This document shows, piece by piece, positions 8,601-17,000 of a stretch of 64,000 nt of DNA (its first letter is position 1; each line of letters starts with the position of its first letter). The stretch spans positions 435,880-499,879 of the forward strand of contig CAYPDT010000001.1 in assembly GCA_964409615.1 (NCBI GenBank), read 5' to 3'. Source of the DNA: an uncultured Candidatus Saccharibacteria bacterium (GTDB lineage: Bacteria; Patescibacteriota; Saccharimonadia; Saccharimonadales; AWTP1-31). The position numbers and the translations under genes were made by a program. The notes beneath the pieces are model-generated. The model worked only from the letters and a program-made list of their open reading frames with translations, was not told where the DNA came from and did no database searches.

Positions 8601-11600
8601 GGTTTGGACTCCACTAAAACCTTGGACCATCAAGCCTACCTTGTTGGCATCTTGAGTAAACTGTTGGATAGCCACTACATTAGAAGTACCCGAATTGACG
8701 GCGAAGACATTGCCATAGCCCCCAGATCCAACACTCAAGGTTCCCGTACTGCCCGGGCCAAGTTGCAAACTAGCTGCCCCCAGGTATGAATTCGCACCAG
8801 CACCGCCCGTGATATTAGCCGAGGTACATGGCCCAACACACAGCACTCCAGTACTGGTATTAAAACTCATTTGATCAGCCCCAGCCGCATTCTGAATACT
8901 GAGGGCACGTTGTGAATCTGTCGCATTACGCAAACGCAACGAACTAGAGATAACACCATTAAGATCAATTTGTCCAGGCTGATATTCGGTAGCAACTGAT
9001 CCCAATTCCAACTGGACACCATCAATGTACATAGGGCCAGAATGTCGAATATAGAGGTATGTGCTCCCTGAAACTGTTCCGGTAGTAAAAGTACAGGTCA
9101 TGCGACTCCAAGTATTGGCCGGGATATTCCAGTTATGATTGTTACAGTCAGTGTTTGTCGACCCATTTTCTGATCTACCCGTATAGGCATTGGTCCAGCC
9201 GGCGGTATACCGTCCGTAGTACGAAAGCGTATATGTAGTATTAGAGGCAAGAGCGTACGTGTACTTAACCCCATCACTAGCAGTTGTACCGCTAAACGAA
9301 AGTGCGCCATCGCCTACAAAGGTAGGGCTCGTAATTTGAGAAAAAGTGCTAGAACCCAGTGCTGTCCAGCCAGAAGTATCAGTATCAAAACCAGAATTGT
9401 CTATCAGGTTGGGAGTAACTTGATTAACAGAGAATATTGGAGTTGCTTGCGCAGTCCCATCCTTTACCTGCAAAATATCGGCGGTCTGCGCCCCAGCACC
9501 TTGGATAACTGCTGTAACGTTTGCAGCGTTTGCCGATTGGATATTCATATTAGCAGTTTGGGTAGTGGTTTGGTTCTTAATTACGTTATTTGCAGATGAA
9601 GATACAGTACAGCCAGTACTGTCACACACCTGGTTACCTCCAACCCTCAGGGCAGTAGTTGAGTTAATATCACCAGCTACATCGAGAGTATAGCTTGCGG
9701 TGGCCTTACCGATGGCGACACGGTTGTTATATGTGTCGGCAACGAACAGATTGCTCGTTCCGGCATTATTCTGAATTTGGAAAGCTGTGGTCGTGTCTGA
9801 TTGATTCCTGAACACTGCTGGGCTAGTGAACATACCTGAGAAACTTAATGTAGCTTCTTGATATGGAGTTAGCGTCGAACCAATTTCAATCTGCATCGCA
9901 TCTACGAAGAAAACTCGTGAAATAGCATCGGTCTGCCTATAGTACACGTTACGAACAACACTTGCGGGTGTAGTAAAAGTACATGTATAGCGCTGCCACA
10001 CAGCAGAAGAGACGGTCTGCCCTGTTAGACAACTGGTGAATGTTGTATTGTCGGTATACCCCATCTCGAAGGTTGAGAAGCTTGACCCAGAGGCTTTGGC
10101 GTACACCGAAAGAGTGTATGTAGTATTCAACGCAAGGTTAGTCCATATCTGGCGAACCCCATCATTTGCTGCTGCTGTGGTGGCAATTCTAAGACTACCA
10201 ATCCCAGCATACTGCTCTGCTGTACTCCGTGTGAGGGTAGCAGAACCCAATGCACTAACGCCACCGGTTCCTGTATCAAAGTTCGAGACTGTGCCAAAGA
10301 GGTTTGTTCCGGCTGATGGATTGACGATTAATGGTGTGGCATTCTGCGTAGTATCTCCTACAGTAAGGCTACCGCCGTTGTATACGTTGCTATTGGCGTA
10401 TTGAGAGAAAGCTCCGCCCCCAGACACGGTAAGTGCACTCGCTGCAGCTGCAGTAACGCTCATACTACCAACGGACGATAGAGCAAAGCCATTAGAGACT
10501 GTAGCGCCGCCATTCCCAGTATTACTGAGGCTAAATATGTTAGTGCCCGTTGCATTTTGTAATGAAAATGCAGTGTTTGAATTTGATTGTGTACGAATGA
10601 CTACCGGCGAGTTTACCACCCCGTTCAATGCAATTGTCCCTTGTTGAAATGCAGTAGTAGTGGTTCCTGGCTCTACCTGCACGGCATCTACATAAAAACT
10701 TCGCGCTGTGGCATCGGTTTGGCGAATGCCTATAAAGCGCGTGCCAGAAACGGATGCACTAGTAGTGAAGGAACATGTATAGCGTGTCCACCCACCAACT
10801 AATACAACCTGATTGTTAACACAGTTAGATTGCGTTGTGCCGTCATTTGTAAAGGTAATCTGCATGCTACCCCACTGAGTGGTATTTACCCGTGAGTAGA
10901 AAGAAACAGCATATGATGTACTTGCGGCAAACTGATAATTATATCTGGCGCCATCGTTAGCTGCTGCTGTAGTTGTAACGAGCAGCGAGCCCAATCCAAT
11001 ATATTGGTCGGTAGTCGAACGTGCGATTGAAGCATTACCAAGAGCTGACCACCCAGAGGTATCGACATCGAAACTTGGGTTAGTTATGATGTTTGTCGTA
11101 TTCTGACTAACCCCTAGTAGTGTTGAGCCGCCACCAGAAGTAACTTGCAAGATGTCTGCTACCTGGGCGGTCGACCCCTGAATGGTTGCCGTAACACTGT
11201 TAGCATCAGCCGATTTGATGTTCATGTTAGCAGTCTGGGTGGAGGTGCCATTTTGGATGTAGTTGTTACTACCGCTACCTATAGCGTAGCCACAATTATT
11301 GCTAGTGTCGCAAACTTGGTTTGAGCCCTGATAGATTGCCCCTGTACTGGTTATCTTGGCAACAACATCGTTATTTTGGTCGCGGGCTTGCAATAAGTCT
11401 GCTGTCTGACCAGTCGCTCCCTGCACTACAGCGACCACACTACTGCTACTGGCTGATTGAATATTCAGGTTTGCCGTCTGTGTAGTAAGGCCGTTTTGGA
11501 TGTAGTTGTTGCTGCCTGAACTTGGAGCACAAGTTGCTGTTGGGCCACAAATAGCTACTCCATTAATGCGGAAACTATTGCCCGCCGCGATGTTAATATC

Positions 11601-13976
11601 TCCGTTAACATCCAACGTATAGCCAGCCGTTGCTTGGCCAATGGCAATACGAGTGTTGGTTGTGTCGGCAACAAACAAGTTGCTAGCAGCGGCATTTTGA
11701 ATCTGGAAGGCAGTGGTTGAATCGGTAGCGTTTTTAAAGAGGTTAGCAGCACTAAATGTTTGAGCACCGTTCAGCTTTGCAATATTACTGTCGTTACTCA
11801 AATTAGCACTGCTGATCTGAGTGCCATTAACTTGGAATTGGCCCGTAGTGCTAATGTTGCCGCTGGCGTCAATCTTGGCAATTACGTTGTTGCTGGCATC
11901 TGTAGCTTGGAGCAAGTTAGCAGTCTGGCTTGTTTTTGCCTTGAGTACAACTGTTGGACTGGTGGTAGCTGTCGATTCAATGTTAAAGTTGGCACCCGTC
12001 TGAAGTGAGGTACCGTTTTGGATGTAGAAATTAGCCCCTGCACTTGCTGCACAACCACTGGCATCACAAACCAAGTTACCGCCTACCCGTAAGCCAGTAG
12101 CAGAGTTAATATCTCCGTTAACATCCAATGTATAACCAGCTGTTGCTTGGCCAATGGCAACCCGAGTGTTAGTGCTGTCTACCGTGAATACGTTGGTTGA
12201 ACCCGCGGCATTCTGTACGCGAAATGCAGTGGTTGAATCTGCGCCTGCTTTGTATAATCCACTAGCTCCAATTGTCACTAAGCTGCCGGTATCGCTAATC
12301 GAGCTATCGCCTATCGATTGACTGCCGGTAAATTTAGCCAGTTTGTTAGTGTTTCCACCAAGCGTTGTAACACCACCACCAGCGCTTGCACAGTTACCAA
12401 CAGTAGTACAGAGCGTATAGGTTCCGGGGGAGGTAGCGGCATCGAGATTGTAAATTACATTTCCGGTGGGTGTTCCGGTAAAACCGAGGCTCACCGTACC
12501 CGAACCACTGGTAGCAGTCAGCTTAGTAGTCAGGTCACCCTGCAGCGTCAGCGACTGATTAGTAGCACCGATGACCATCGAAGCTGATGGTTGAATAACG
12601 TTTACAGTCAGCGGTTGAGAAAAGACCACATTGCCAGTGAATGTTTGGTTAGCATTCAATAGGGCAACGTTGGCGCTTAATCGCCCGTCGGCTAAGGTAC
12701 CAGCACTGATATTGCTGGCGTTGAGGTTGGTTAAAGCCGCACCGCTGAGGGCTGGTAGATTACCGCTGTTATCAAGTTTTACTAACTTGTTAGCTAGGTT
12801 GAAAGTATTGCCCTGCAATGTAACGTTTGCCCCCAAACGCGCATCGGCTAAGGTACCAGCACCGATATTGCTGGCGTTGAGGTTGGTTAAGTTTGTTGCG
12901 CTGATTACGGGCAGCTCACCCGCGCCATTAAGCTTGACCAGTTGGTTGGTACCGTTAAAGGTGTTGCCTTGCATGGTGACGTTAGCACTCAAACGACTGT
13001 CACTAACAGTGCCACTACTGATATTGCTGGCGTTGAGGTTGGTTAAGTTTGTTGCGCTGATTACGGGTAGTTCGCCTGCGCCATTAAGCTTGACCAGTTG
13101 GTTGGTACCGTTAAAGGTGTTGCCTTGCATGGTGACAACGCCACTATCTACATCGAGTGTAACCGTGCCAGATACACCACCGCCAGTCAGTCCAGTTCCA
13201 GCAATTACGCCGTTAATACCGCCCGCTGCACCCGTAACAGTTATCGTTCCGGTGTTTACGTCTGTAGATATGCTGACACTGCCCGAACCAACTATCGATG
13301 CGCTGCCGTTATTAGAAATGCCATTCAAACTAGATAGAACTGTTGACTGTAGAGCACTGAGTGGAATTGTTTGACCAAGCCTAGTAACGCTACCGTCCAG
13401 TCGTTCGTTGCTGAGTGTGCCTTCGGTAATATTGCTGGCGTTGAGGTTAGTCAAAGCCGCACCACTGCCCTGAAAACTAGCAGCAGCTACGCCGCCAGAG
13501 ATGTTAATGTTGCCCACTTGAGCAGGGCCACCAAGTACCGGGCTCAAGCTTACGGTATTACCCAAAATACTCGCTAGGTCGTTCAGGGCCTGGGCTGATA
13601 AATTAAGCTTACCTTGTACGGTTAAATCGCCGTTGATGGTGACCGTTTGATCGTTTAATGACTGAACCGGTAACAGGGTATCATCACCAAGGACAGGATT
13701 TTGCACGGTGTTGTAGGCGTCGATAGTGCTTTGGTTTTTGCTAGCATTCTTAACTTTGCCAGCAAGTCGTAATGCTGCGAGGCCAAGTCCGGATACAAAA
13801 AACATAACTACCAGCAGCAGAATTGCCTGCTTTTTCCAAGGTCGTGTTGGTCGATTTTGAGAAATTTTGGGTGACGAAGTAGAAGCAGCACGCTCATTAG
13901 CCGGTGCTTGTTCTAAGCTCTCTAAACCGGTTGATTTGACTTGCTCATTTTGCAAGCCTGCCTGTTTGTTATTCAT
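5604..13976 (-). CDS. Giant membrane-anchored tail-fibre-like surface protein with C-terminal Peptidase_S74 intramolecular-chaperone domain (2,790 aa)
   Basis: Short cytoplasmic tail plus one TM helix. Three 52-aa tandem repeats. Recurring fibre segments (TAFQIQNAAG..LFVADT.NTR.AIGQATAGYTLDVNGDIN). Five CBM4/9-like modules (NPSFD..T.GW ... W.RYTCTFTT ... F.VDA.Q.E). C-terminal SDKRLKENISETRYTLDDLL...TGFLAQDLYAIFPDAV...VDYGRLTPLIVKSVQQL matches the Peptidase_S74 (endosialidase chaperone) consensus. Confidence 0.9.
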   Translation of the reverse strand: MNNKQAGLQNEQVKSTGLESLEQAPANERAASTSSPKISQNRPTRPWKKQAILLLVVMFFVSGLGLAALRLAGKVKNASKNQSTIDAYNTVQNPVLGDDTLLPVQSLNDQTVTINGDLTVQGKLNLSAQALNDLASILGNTVSLSPVLGGPAQVGNINISGGVAAASFQGSGAALTNLNASNITEGTLSNERLDGSVTRLGQTIPLSALQSTVLSSLNGISNNGSASIVGSGSVSISTDVNTGTITVTGAAGGINGVIAGTGLTGGGVSGTVTLDVDSGVVTMQGNTFNGTNQLVKLNGAGELPVISATNLTNLNASNISSGTVSDSRLSANVTMQGNTFNGTNQLVKLNGAGELPVISATNLTNLNASNIGAGTLADARLGANVTLQGNTFNLANKLVKLDNSGNLPALSGAALTNLNASNISAGTLADGRLSANVALLNANQTFTGNVVFSQPLTVNVIQPSASMVIGATNQSLTLQGDLTTKLTATSGSGTVSLGFTGTPTGNVIYNLDAATSPGTYTLCTTVGNCASAGGGVTTLGGNTNKLAKFTGSQSIGDSSISDTGSLVTIGASGLYKAGADSTTAFRVQNAAGSTNVFTVDSTNTRVAIGQATAGYTLDVNGDINSATGLRVGGNLVCDASGCAASAGANFYIQNGTSLQTGANFNIESTATTSPTVVLKAKTSQTANLLQATDASNNVIAKIDASGNISTTGQFQVNGTQISSANLSNDSNIAKLNGAQTFSAANLFKNATDSTTAFQIQNAAASNLFVADTTNTRIAIGQATAGYTLDVNGDINIAAGNSFRINGVAICGPTATCAPSSGSNNYIQNGLTTQTANLNIQSASSSSVVAVVQGATGQTADLLQARDQNNDVVAKITSTGAIYQGSNQVCDTSNNCGYAIGSGSNNYIQNGTSTQTANMNIKSADANSVTATIQGSTAQVADILQVTSGGGSTLLGVSQNTTNIITNPSFDVDTSGWSALGNASIARSTTDQYIGLGSLLVTTTAAANDGARYNYQFAASTSYAVSFYSRVNTTQWGSMQITFTNDGTTQSNCVNNQVVLVGGWTRYTCSFTTSASVSGTRFIGIRQTDATARSFYVDAVQVEPGTTTTAFQQGTIALNGVVNSPVVIRTQSNSNTAFSLQNATGTNIFSLSNTGNGGATVSNGFALSSVGSMSVTAAAASALTVSGGGAFSQYANSNVYNGGSLTVGDTTQNATPLIVNPSAGTNLFGTVSNFDTGTGGVSALGSATLTRSTAEQYAGIGSLRIATTAAANDGVRQIWTNLALNTTYTLSVYAKASGSSFSTFEMGYTDNTTFTSCLTGQTVSSAVWQRYTCTFTTPASVVRNVYYRQTDAISRVFFVDAMQIEIGSTLTPYQEATLSFSGMFTSPAVFRNQSDTTTAFQIQNNAGTSNLFVADTYNNRVAIGKATASYTLDVAGDINSTTALRVGGNQVCDSTGCTVSSSANNVIKNQTTTQTANMNIQSANAANVTAVIQGAGAQTADILQVKDGTAQATPIFSVNQVTPNLIDNSGFDTDTSGWTALGSSTFSQITSPTFVGDGALSFSGTTASDGVKYTYALASNTTYTLSYYGRYTAGWTNAYTGRSENGSTNTDCNNHNWNIPANTWSRMTCTFTTGTVSGSTYLYIRHSGPMYIDGVQLELGSVATEYQPGQIDLNGVISSSLRLRNATDSQRALSIQNAAGADQMSFNTSTGVLCVGPCTSANITGGAGANSYLGAASLQLGPGSTGTLSVGSGGYGNVFAVNSGTSNVVAIQQFTQDANKVGLMVQGFSGVQTTDILQVKGGNTVNNILSVSQNNSNLIVNPSFDTNTTGWTNLNSTSFARTTAETYSGPAGLAVGPTAATGDGVRQSYSLATSTTYTFSFYAKGASAFSTLEAGYVVGSTYTSCATAQAVTTGWNRISCTFTTPGSWGGTPSLYVRQTDATARTFYLDAFQLETGSTPTNYSLGNISLNGTINSPATFRNQSNSTSAFQIQNATGTPQLTFDTTSTGALNIFNSSNRALTISNNKISNNANVLQLEATAGNTVEVVNSGSSDSFPAFKVTGSAAAAVQAQIKGAAAQTADIFQVQGGNTSNNVFTVRQNNANLLTNPSFDVNINGWTAFTGDTISRTTTDQYSGNGSLSNVTTASANAGAFATFALAANTQYSFSVYARASGSNFSTFQMGYTNDGSTNTSCLTGQTVSTTGWTRYTCTFVTSASVSGTRYVYYRQTDATARTFFVDAAQLEISSAATLFNLGSINFNGVINSPTTFQNQSNSVDAFRINNATGIPIFAIDTTTGAVSLGSTSGESGTMNISTGTGTLTINIGTGGIGGKTINIGTGAVANAITIGNTSSSTVLVRAGNYYSVDGGSIYMNACNSCLMQIGLNGWQQYISIGNSSGNTSLATNSGTGGTSLTSTGAVNITTGGSYGGTFSFGGAGLYLQSTGNVVLGGNTSTAQISLAPNLSSGKLELGGSSSNAMTGNIDIGVGNGAQTLNFGTGAAAKTINIGGITTTTNISLKVGATGTNGVTVLTGKTSGTQNLFTFTDGSGDNLGSISIDTTANTTTYNTTSDKRLKENISETRYTLDDLLQISVADYSFITDSTHRTQTGFLAQDLYAIFPDAVKVGGSDPSTDPWAVDYGRLTPLIVKSVQQLNTKVDRLSARVDVLQLSQAAWSGGIVGQTTEFQNLVSFDSFVTFKDKVTFRSDVAFDGRVTFADKDLAGIVTMKAGTKTAHVSFTRPYIEAPIVTVSPKDSAAGYAVKNVQADGFDITVPSNAPADIDFNWIALSVKQSP
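7238..11093 (-). repeat. Five ~290-aa super-repeats (fibre segment plus CBM4/9-like module) within the giant gene
   Basis: The module-start Asn codons of N(P/S/F).FD lie at 11079-81, 10281-83, 9396-98, 8517-19 and 7659-61 (aa 966, 1232, 1527, 1820, 2106). Confidence 0.8.
12663..13130 (-). repeat. Three tandem 156-bp (52-aa) coding repeats in the giant gene
   Basis: Units 12975-13130 and 12819-12974 are near-identical (MQGNTFNGTNQLVKLNGAGELPVISATNLTNLNASNI..GT..D.RL.ANVT). The third unit, 12663-12818, is diverged. Confidence 0.85.
13157..13854 (-). repeat. 698-bp direct repeat, copy 2 (5' coding module of the giant fibre gene)
   Basis: See copy 1. The upstream flanks (13855-~14060 versus 4622-~4850) are homologous but diverged. 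The downstream flanks are unrelated. Confidence 0.9.
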
Positions 13977-14018
13977 GATGCAAAATCGCTATCAATTTCC
14001 TCTTATTTCTTATGTTTA

Positions 14019-14047
14019 ATTTTACGTGATTTTTAGAGGTAATACAA
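14019..14047 (-). promoter_or_regulatory. Sigma-70-like promoter of the giant fibre gene (TTGTAT-17-TAAAAT)
   Basis: -35 at 14042-14047 and -10 at 14019-14024, located in the 120-bp gap after the kinase gene. Confidence 0.55.
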
Positions 14048-14096
14048 GCAGCATTCCCCGTAGCACAGGTTGTTAGTATTCGGCTATTTGAGTTTG

Positions 14097-17000
14097 CTAA
14101 ATGCTAGCGTTAGCAGTGATGGGTGCAACGAGTAATGGCGCAAGCTTTTTACTCTTTTGCAGTGCTGGCAAGCGTACTGTTACAGTGGTGCCGTTCTTAC
14201 TGCTGCGCACCTCTAGTCGTCCGCCTAACTTCTCGGCAATAATTCTGTTGATATGAAGGCTCAGTCCAAGCCCCTCATAGTTAAATGTCTCGGTACTGGT
14301 GGCACGATAAAATGGTTCAGATAAATGGGCCAGGTGGTCTGGATCAATACCGGTTCCATTATCTATCACCCGCAGATTCACCCAGTTACCCGCCTGTTGG
14401 GCAGAGATAGTCACTCGCCCACCAGGCTTACTAAACATGATGGAGTTGTCTGTCAACGATTCAATGATTTGTGCCAGCTCTTGGGGCTGAATAGCAACGC
14501 GTAAGCTAGCCGGTACGTCTAGCTGTAACTGTACCTGCTTTTCGGCCGCCTTGGCCTGCAGTTTACTGATGGCTCGAGGCACCTCTTGGCCAAGATTCAG
14601 CTCGGGTGAATCAACTGTTTTGGCTGAGTATAAACGTACTTTTTGCAAACTCTCTACCATTTGACCTAGAGCATGTAGACCGTTAAAGAACGTTCTTGTT
14701 TCGGGAATCGCGTGTAACTCTTGGGATATGATAGTGATATTTTCATAATGTCCTGCCAATGTTTCTGCTGCTCGTGACATAAAAGCGTTCCGTTCTTCTA
14801 TCAATTTCTGCTGAGAAATGATGGCACTTCGTGCAATCTCTTGCGAAGCACGCTGAACATCTTTGTACTTCTGAAAACCTACAAGCAATACTGCAAACAG
14901 CACTAAGCAAATCACCTGCAAAGCTGTTTGTACCGATGCAAGCACGTACACGTTTGTCAGACCAAACAGAAGCGTCACAAGCGCGAACAAACTGCCAGCA
15001 ACCACAATTGGTAGCCACACAGCTTTTTGCATAAGCGGGCTCGTGTCACCCCCACCACTCCATGCTGTAGAGCTAGTGACAACTGGGCTCGACAACTCAA
15101 GCTGACTCTGCGAGGCTAGCTGATGAACATCTTGGCCATACTTTTTTAATGCCGTTTCTAGCCGTTGCGTTGCCCAATCGGGAAGTTTTTTTAGCGATAC
15201 AAGCAACTCTAGCGCTCCACTCATAATTGCCACAGGCGTATTTAGGTAGTGATTCGTGATTGATACATACGAATCTGTTGCTTGTTTTATGGTCTTCATG
15301 TGTTCTAATTGCTCTTGTAGCTGGCGGCGGACAAGATATTCTTTGTACCCCCGGCGCCCGTACAACAATGCCAAAAATAGCAGTACTAGCAAAATAAACC
15401 ACGAGATAGCCCGGGCAATCGGTTCAACTATAAATGGCTTTTTAACGACTGCTTTTGTCTTGGGAAGTTCAGTAATACTGCCCACTGGCCGACGTTGGAG
15501 TAGTTGTTGATTTTGTTGTTGCTGCAGAGGCTGAGGCTCCTGATTGCCGCTCGCTACTGGCTGATTTTGAGTCATGTTGGGAACAGGCCGGGTTGGCACT
15601 CGTGGTGGAGGCATTGTGCTATTGGTCCCAGTAGAGCCCCCACTAGGAGCAGTTGGGTCTGGTGGGTTAGTGGTCTCGGTGCCAAGCACTACTTGCACGT
15701 TTACCTGTACTCGCCCCGCTACGAAGCCCTTAAAGTTAAGAAATCCTGAATTTGCATTCAATAGTGACGACGAGAACACAAAACCAATAGTGCCTATCTC
15801 GAGGATACTCTCAATGGAGTTAGTGGTCGAGTTATATATCCCCCAGTTGCCATCACCTTGTCTAAAAGTGTATTTACCGGGTGATTCCTGCAGTGGGGCT
15901 ATCTCCCGTACAATACCTGGGAATTCTTTTGATGACAGTGCATTGCCTGTCGTAGTATCGAACCGTTGCAACAGGTTACTACTGCCTGACACCATGAAAG
16001 CAATTGTGCCGTCTTGCGTAATACCAACCGTGTTATCGCCACTGCCATTCGATATATTTTTGGCAAACGTTACGTCCCGATTCACCGTCCAATCGTTTGT
16101 GTTTATCACCTTCATATCACCCACGGCACCACTGATCGCCGGTGAAAGATACAGCTTCTGCTGATCGGCACGGTAGTCGGCAGTGACTCTCGAGTAGTAG
16201 CGAGAAGTCACTGGATACGTACCAAGAAGTGTATAGCTATGGGCATCGAATATCTGGTAAGTATCAACATAGAAGTCTCCGTCCGATGGATTTCCTTGAT
16301 ATTCTCCACCATACACAATAAAGAAATCATTAGAAGGAGCGTCGACTGCTAACATCTTTTTGCTAGTGTTAAGTCGAGTAATCTGCCCTGTTGTAGTGTC
16401 AAAGATATCGACAGCCGAATCTAATCCAGTTGGGATGTAGATTTTCGTGCGGTCCGGAGATTGCGCTATCTTCTTCATCACATTGCCAGTCGTAATATTG
16501 AAGGGGCCGTTTGTGTCGAGGTCATAGGTTGTGGTCTGCATGGTAGTCAGATTTAACTCGGTGTACTTGTTGGCGGTACTAGTGTTTATAAAATATGTCT
16601 TTAGACCGTCAGCAGAGGTGAACACCGAGCAGTTCTCAAAAACATCCATGCCGATCGTTGCCGAGCCAGTGGTTTGTTTGGTGACAAGATCATACTTGTA
16701 TAATGTCAGACCGGCCTGAGAATACGAGTCCATGCTAAAGGTAAGGGCAACATTGCCATCTGGCGAGAGATACTGCGGAATACGCCCGTCGAAATCAATG
16801 TCGTCGTGAATTTCTACCTGGTTTTGTGCAAAGTTATAAAACTGATATCCGGTAACATTAAACTCTTCGCCCAAATAAGCAATAGGAAAGCCCGTCGAAT
16901 CAGCGCTGGCCTGTGCTGTTATGGTTGCTGCACCTGGTGTTAAACCGGTCAGTTGGTACGTCCAGTTATTGTTCTGGTCGGCAACCGCTGCCCCCTTCTG

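Noticed and set aside
12631-13374. Long + strand ORFs inside the giant and kinase genes (for example 12631..13374 at 247 aa, 6292..6897 at 201 aa, 15574..16164 at 196 aa). Similar antisense ORFs lie within other genes (26099..26683, 49949..50623, 30160..30684).
   Set aside because: They have low-complexity Pro/Leu/Val-rich translations and lie entirely antisense to ORFs with strong domain evidence. Repetitive, stop-poor coding sequence generates such shadows.
3924-13854. A diversity-generating retroelement (template/variable repeat pair)
   Set aside because: The two 698-bp copies are identical, with no adenine-specific differences. No reverse transcriptase gene is present, and the repeat covers the anchor module rather than a ligand-binding tip.
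5604-13976. Prophage origin for the tail-fibre-like gene
   Set aside because: No capsid, portal, terminase, tail-tube, baseplate, integrase or lysis genes occur in the window. The protein has a bacterial signal-anchor and is flanked by a histidine kinase and the atp operon. Ancient domestication cannot be excluded.
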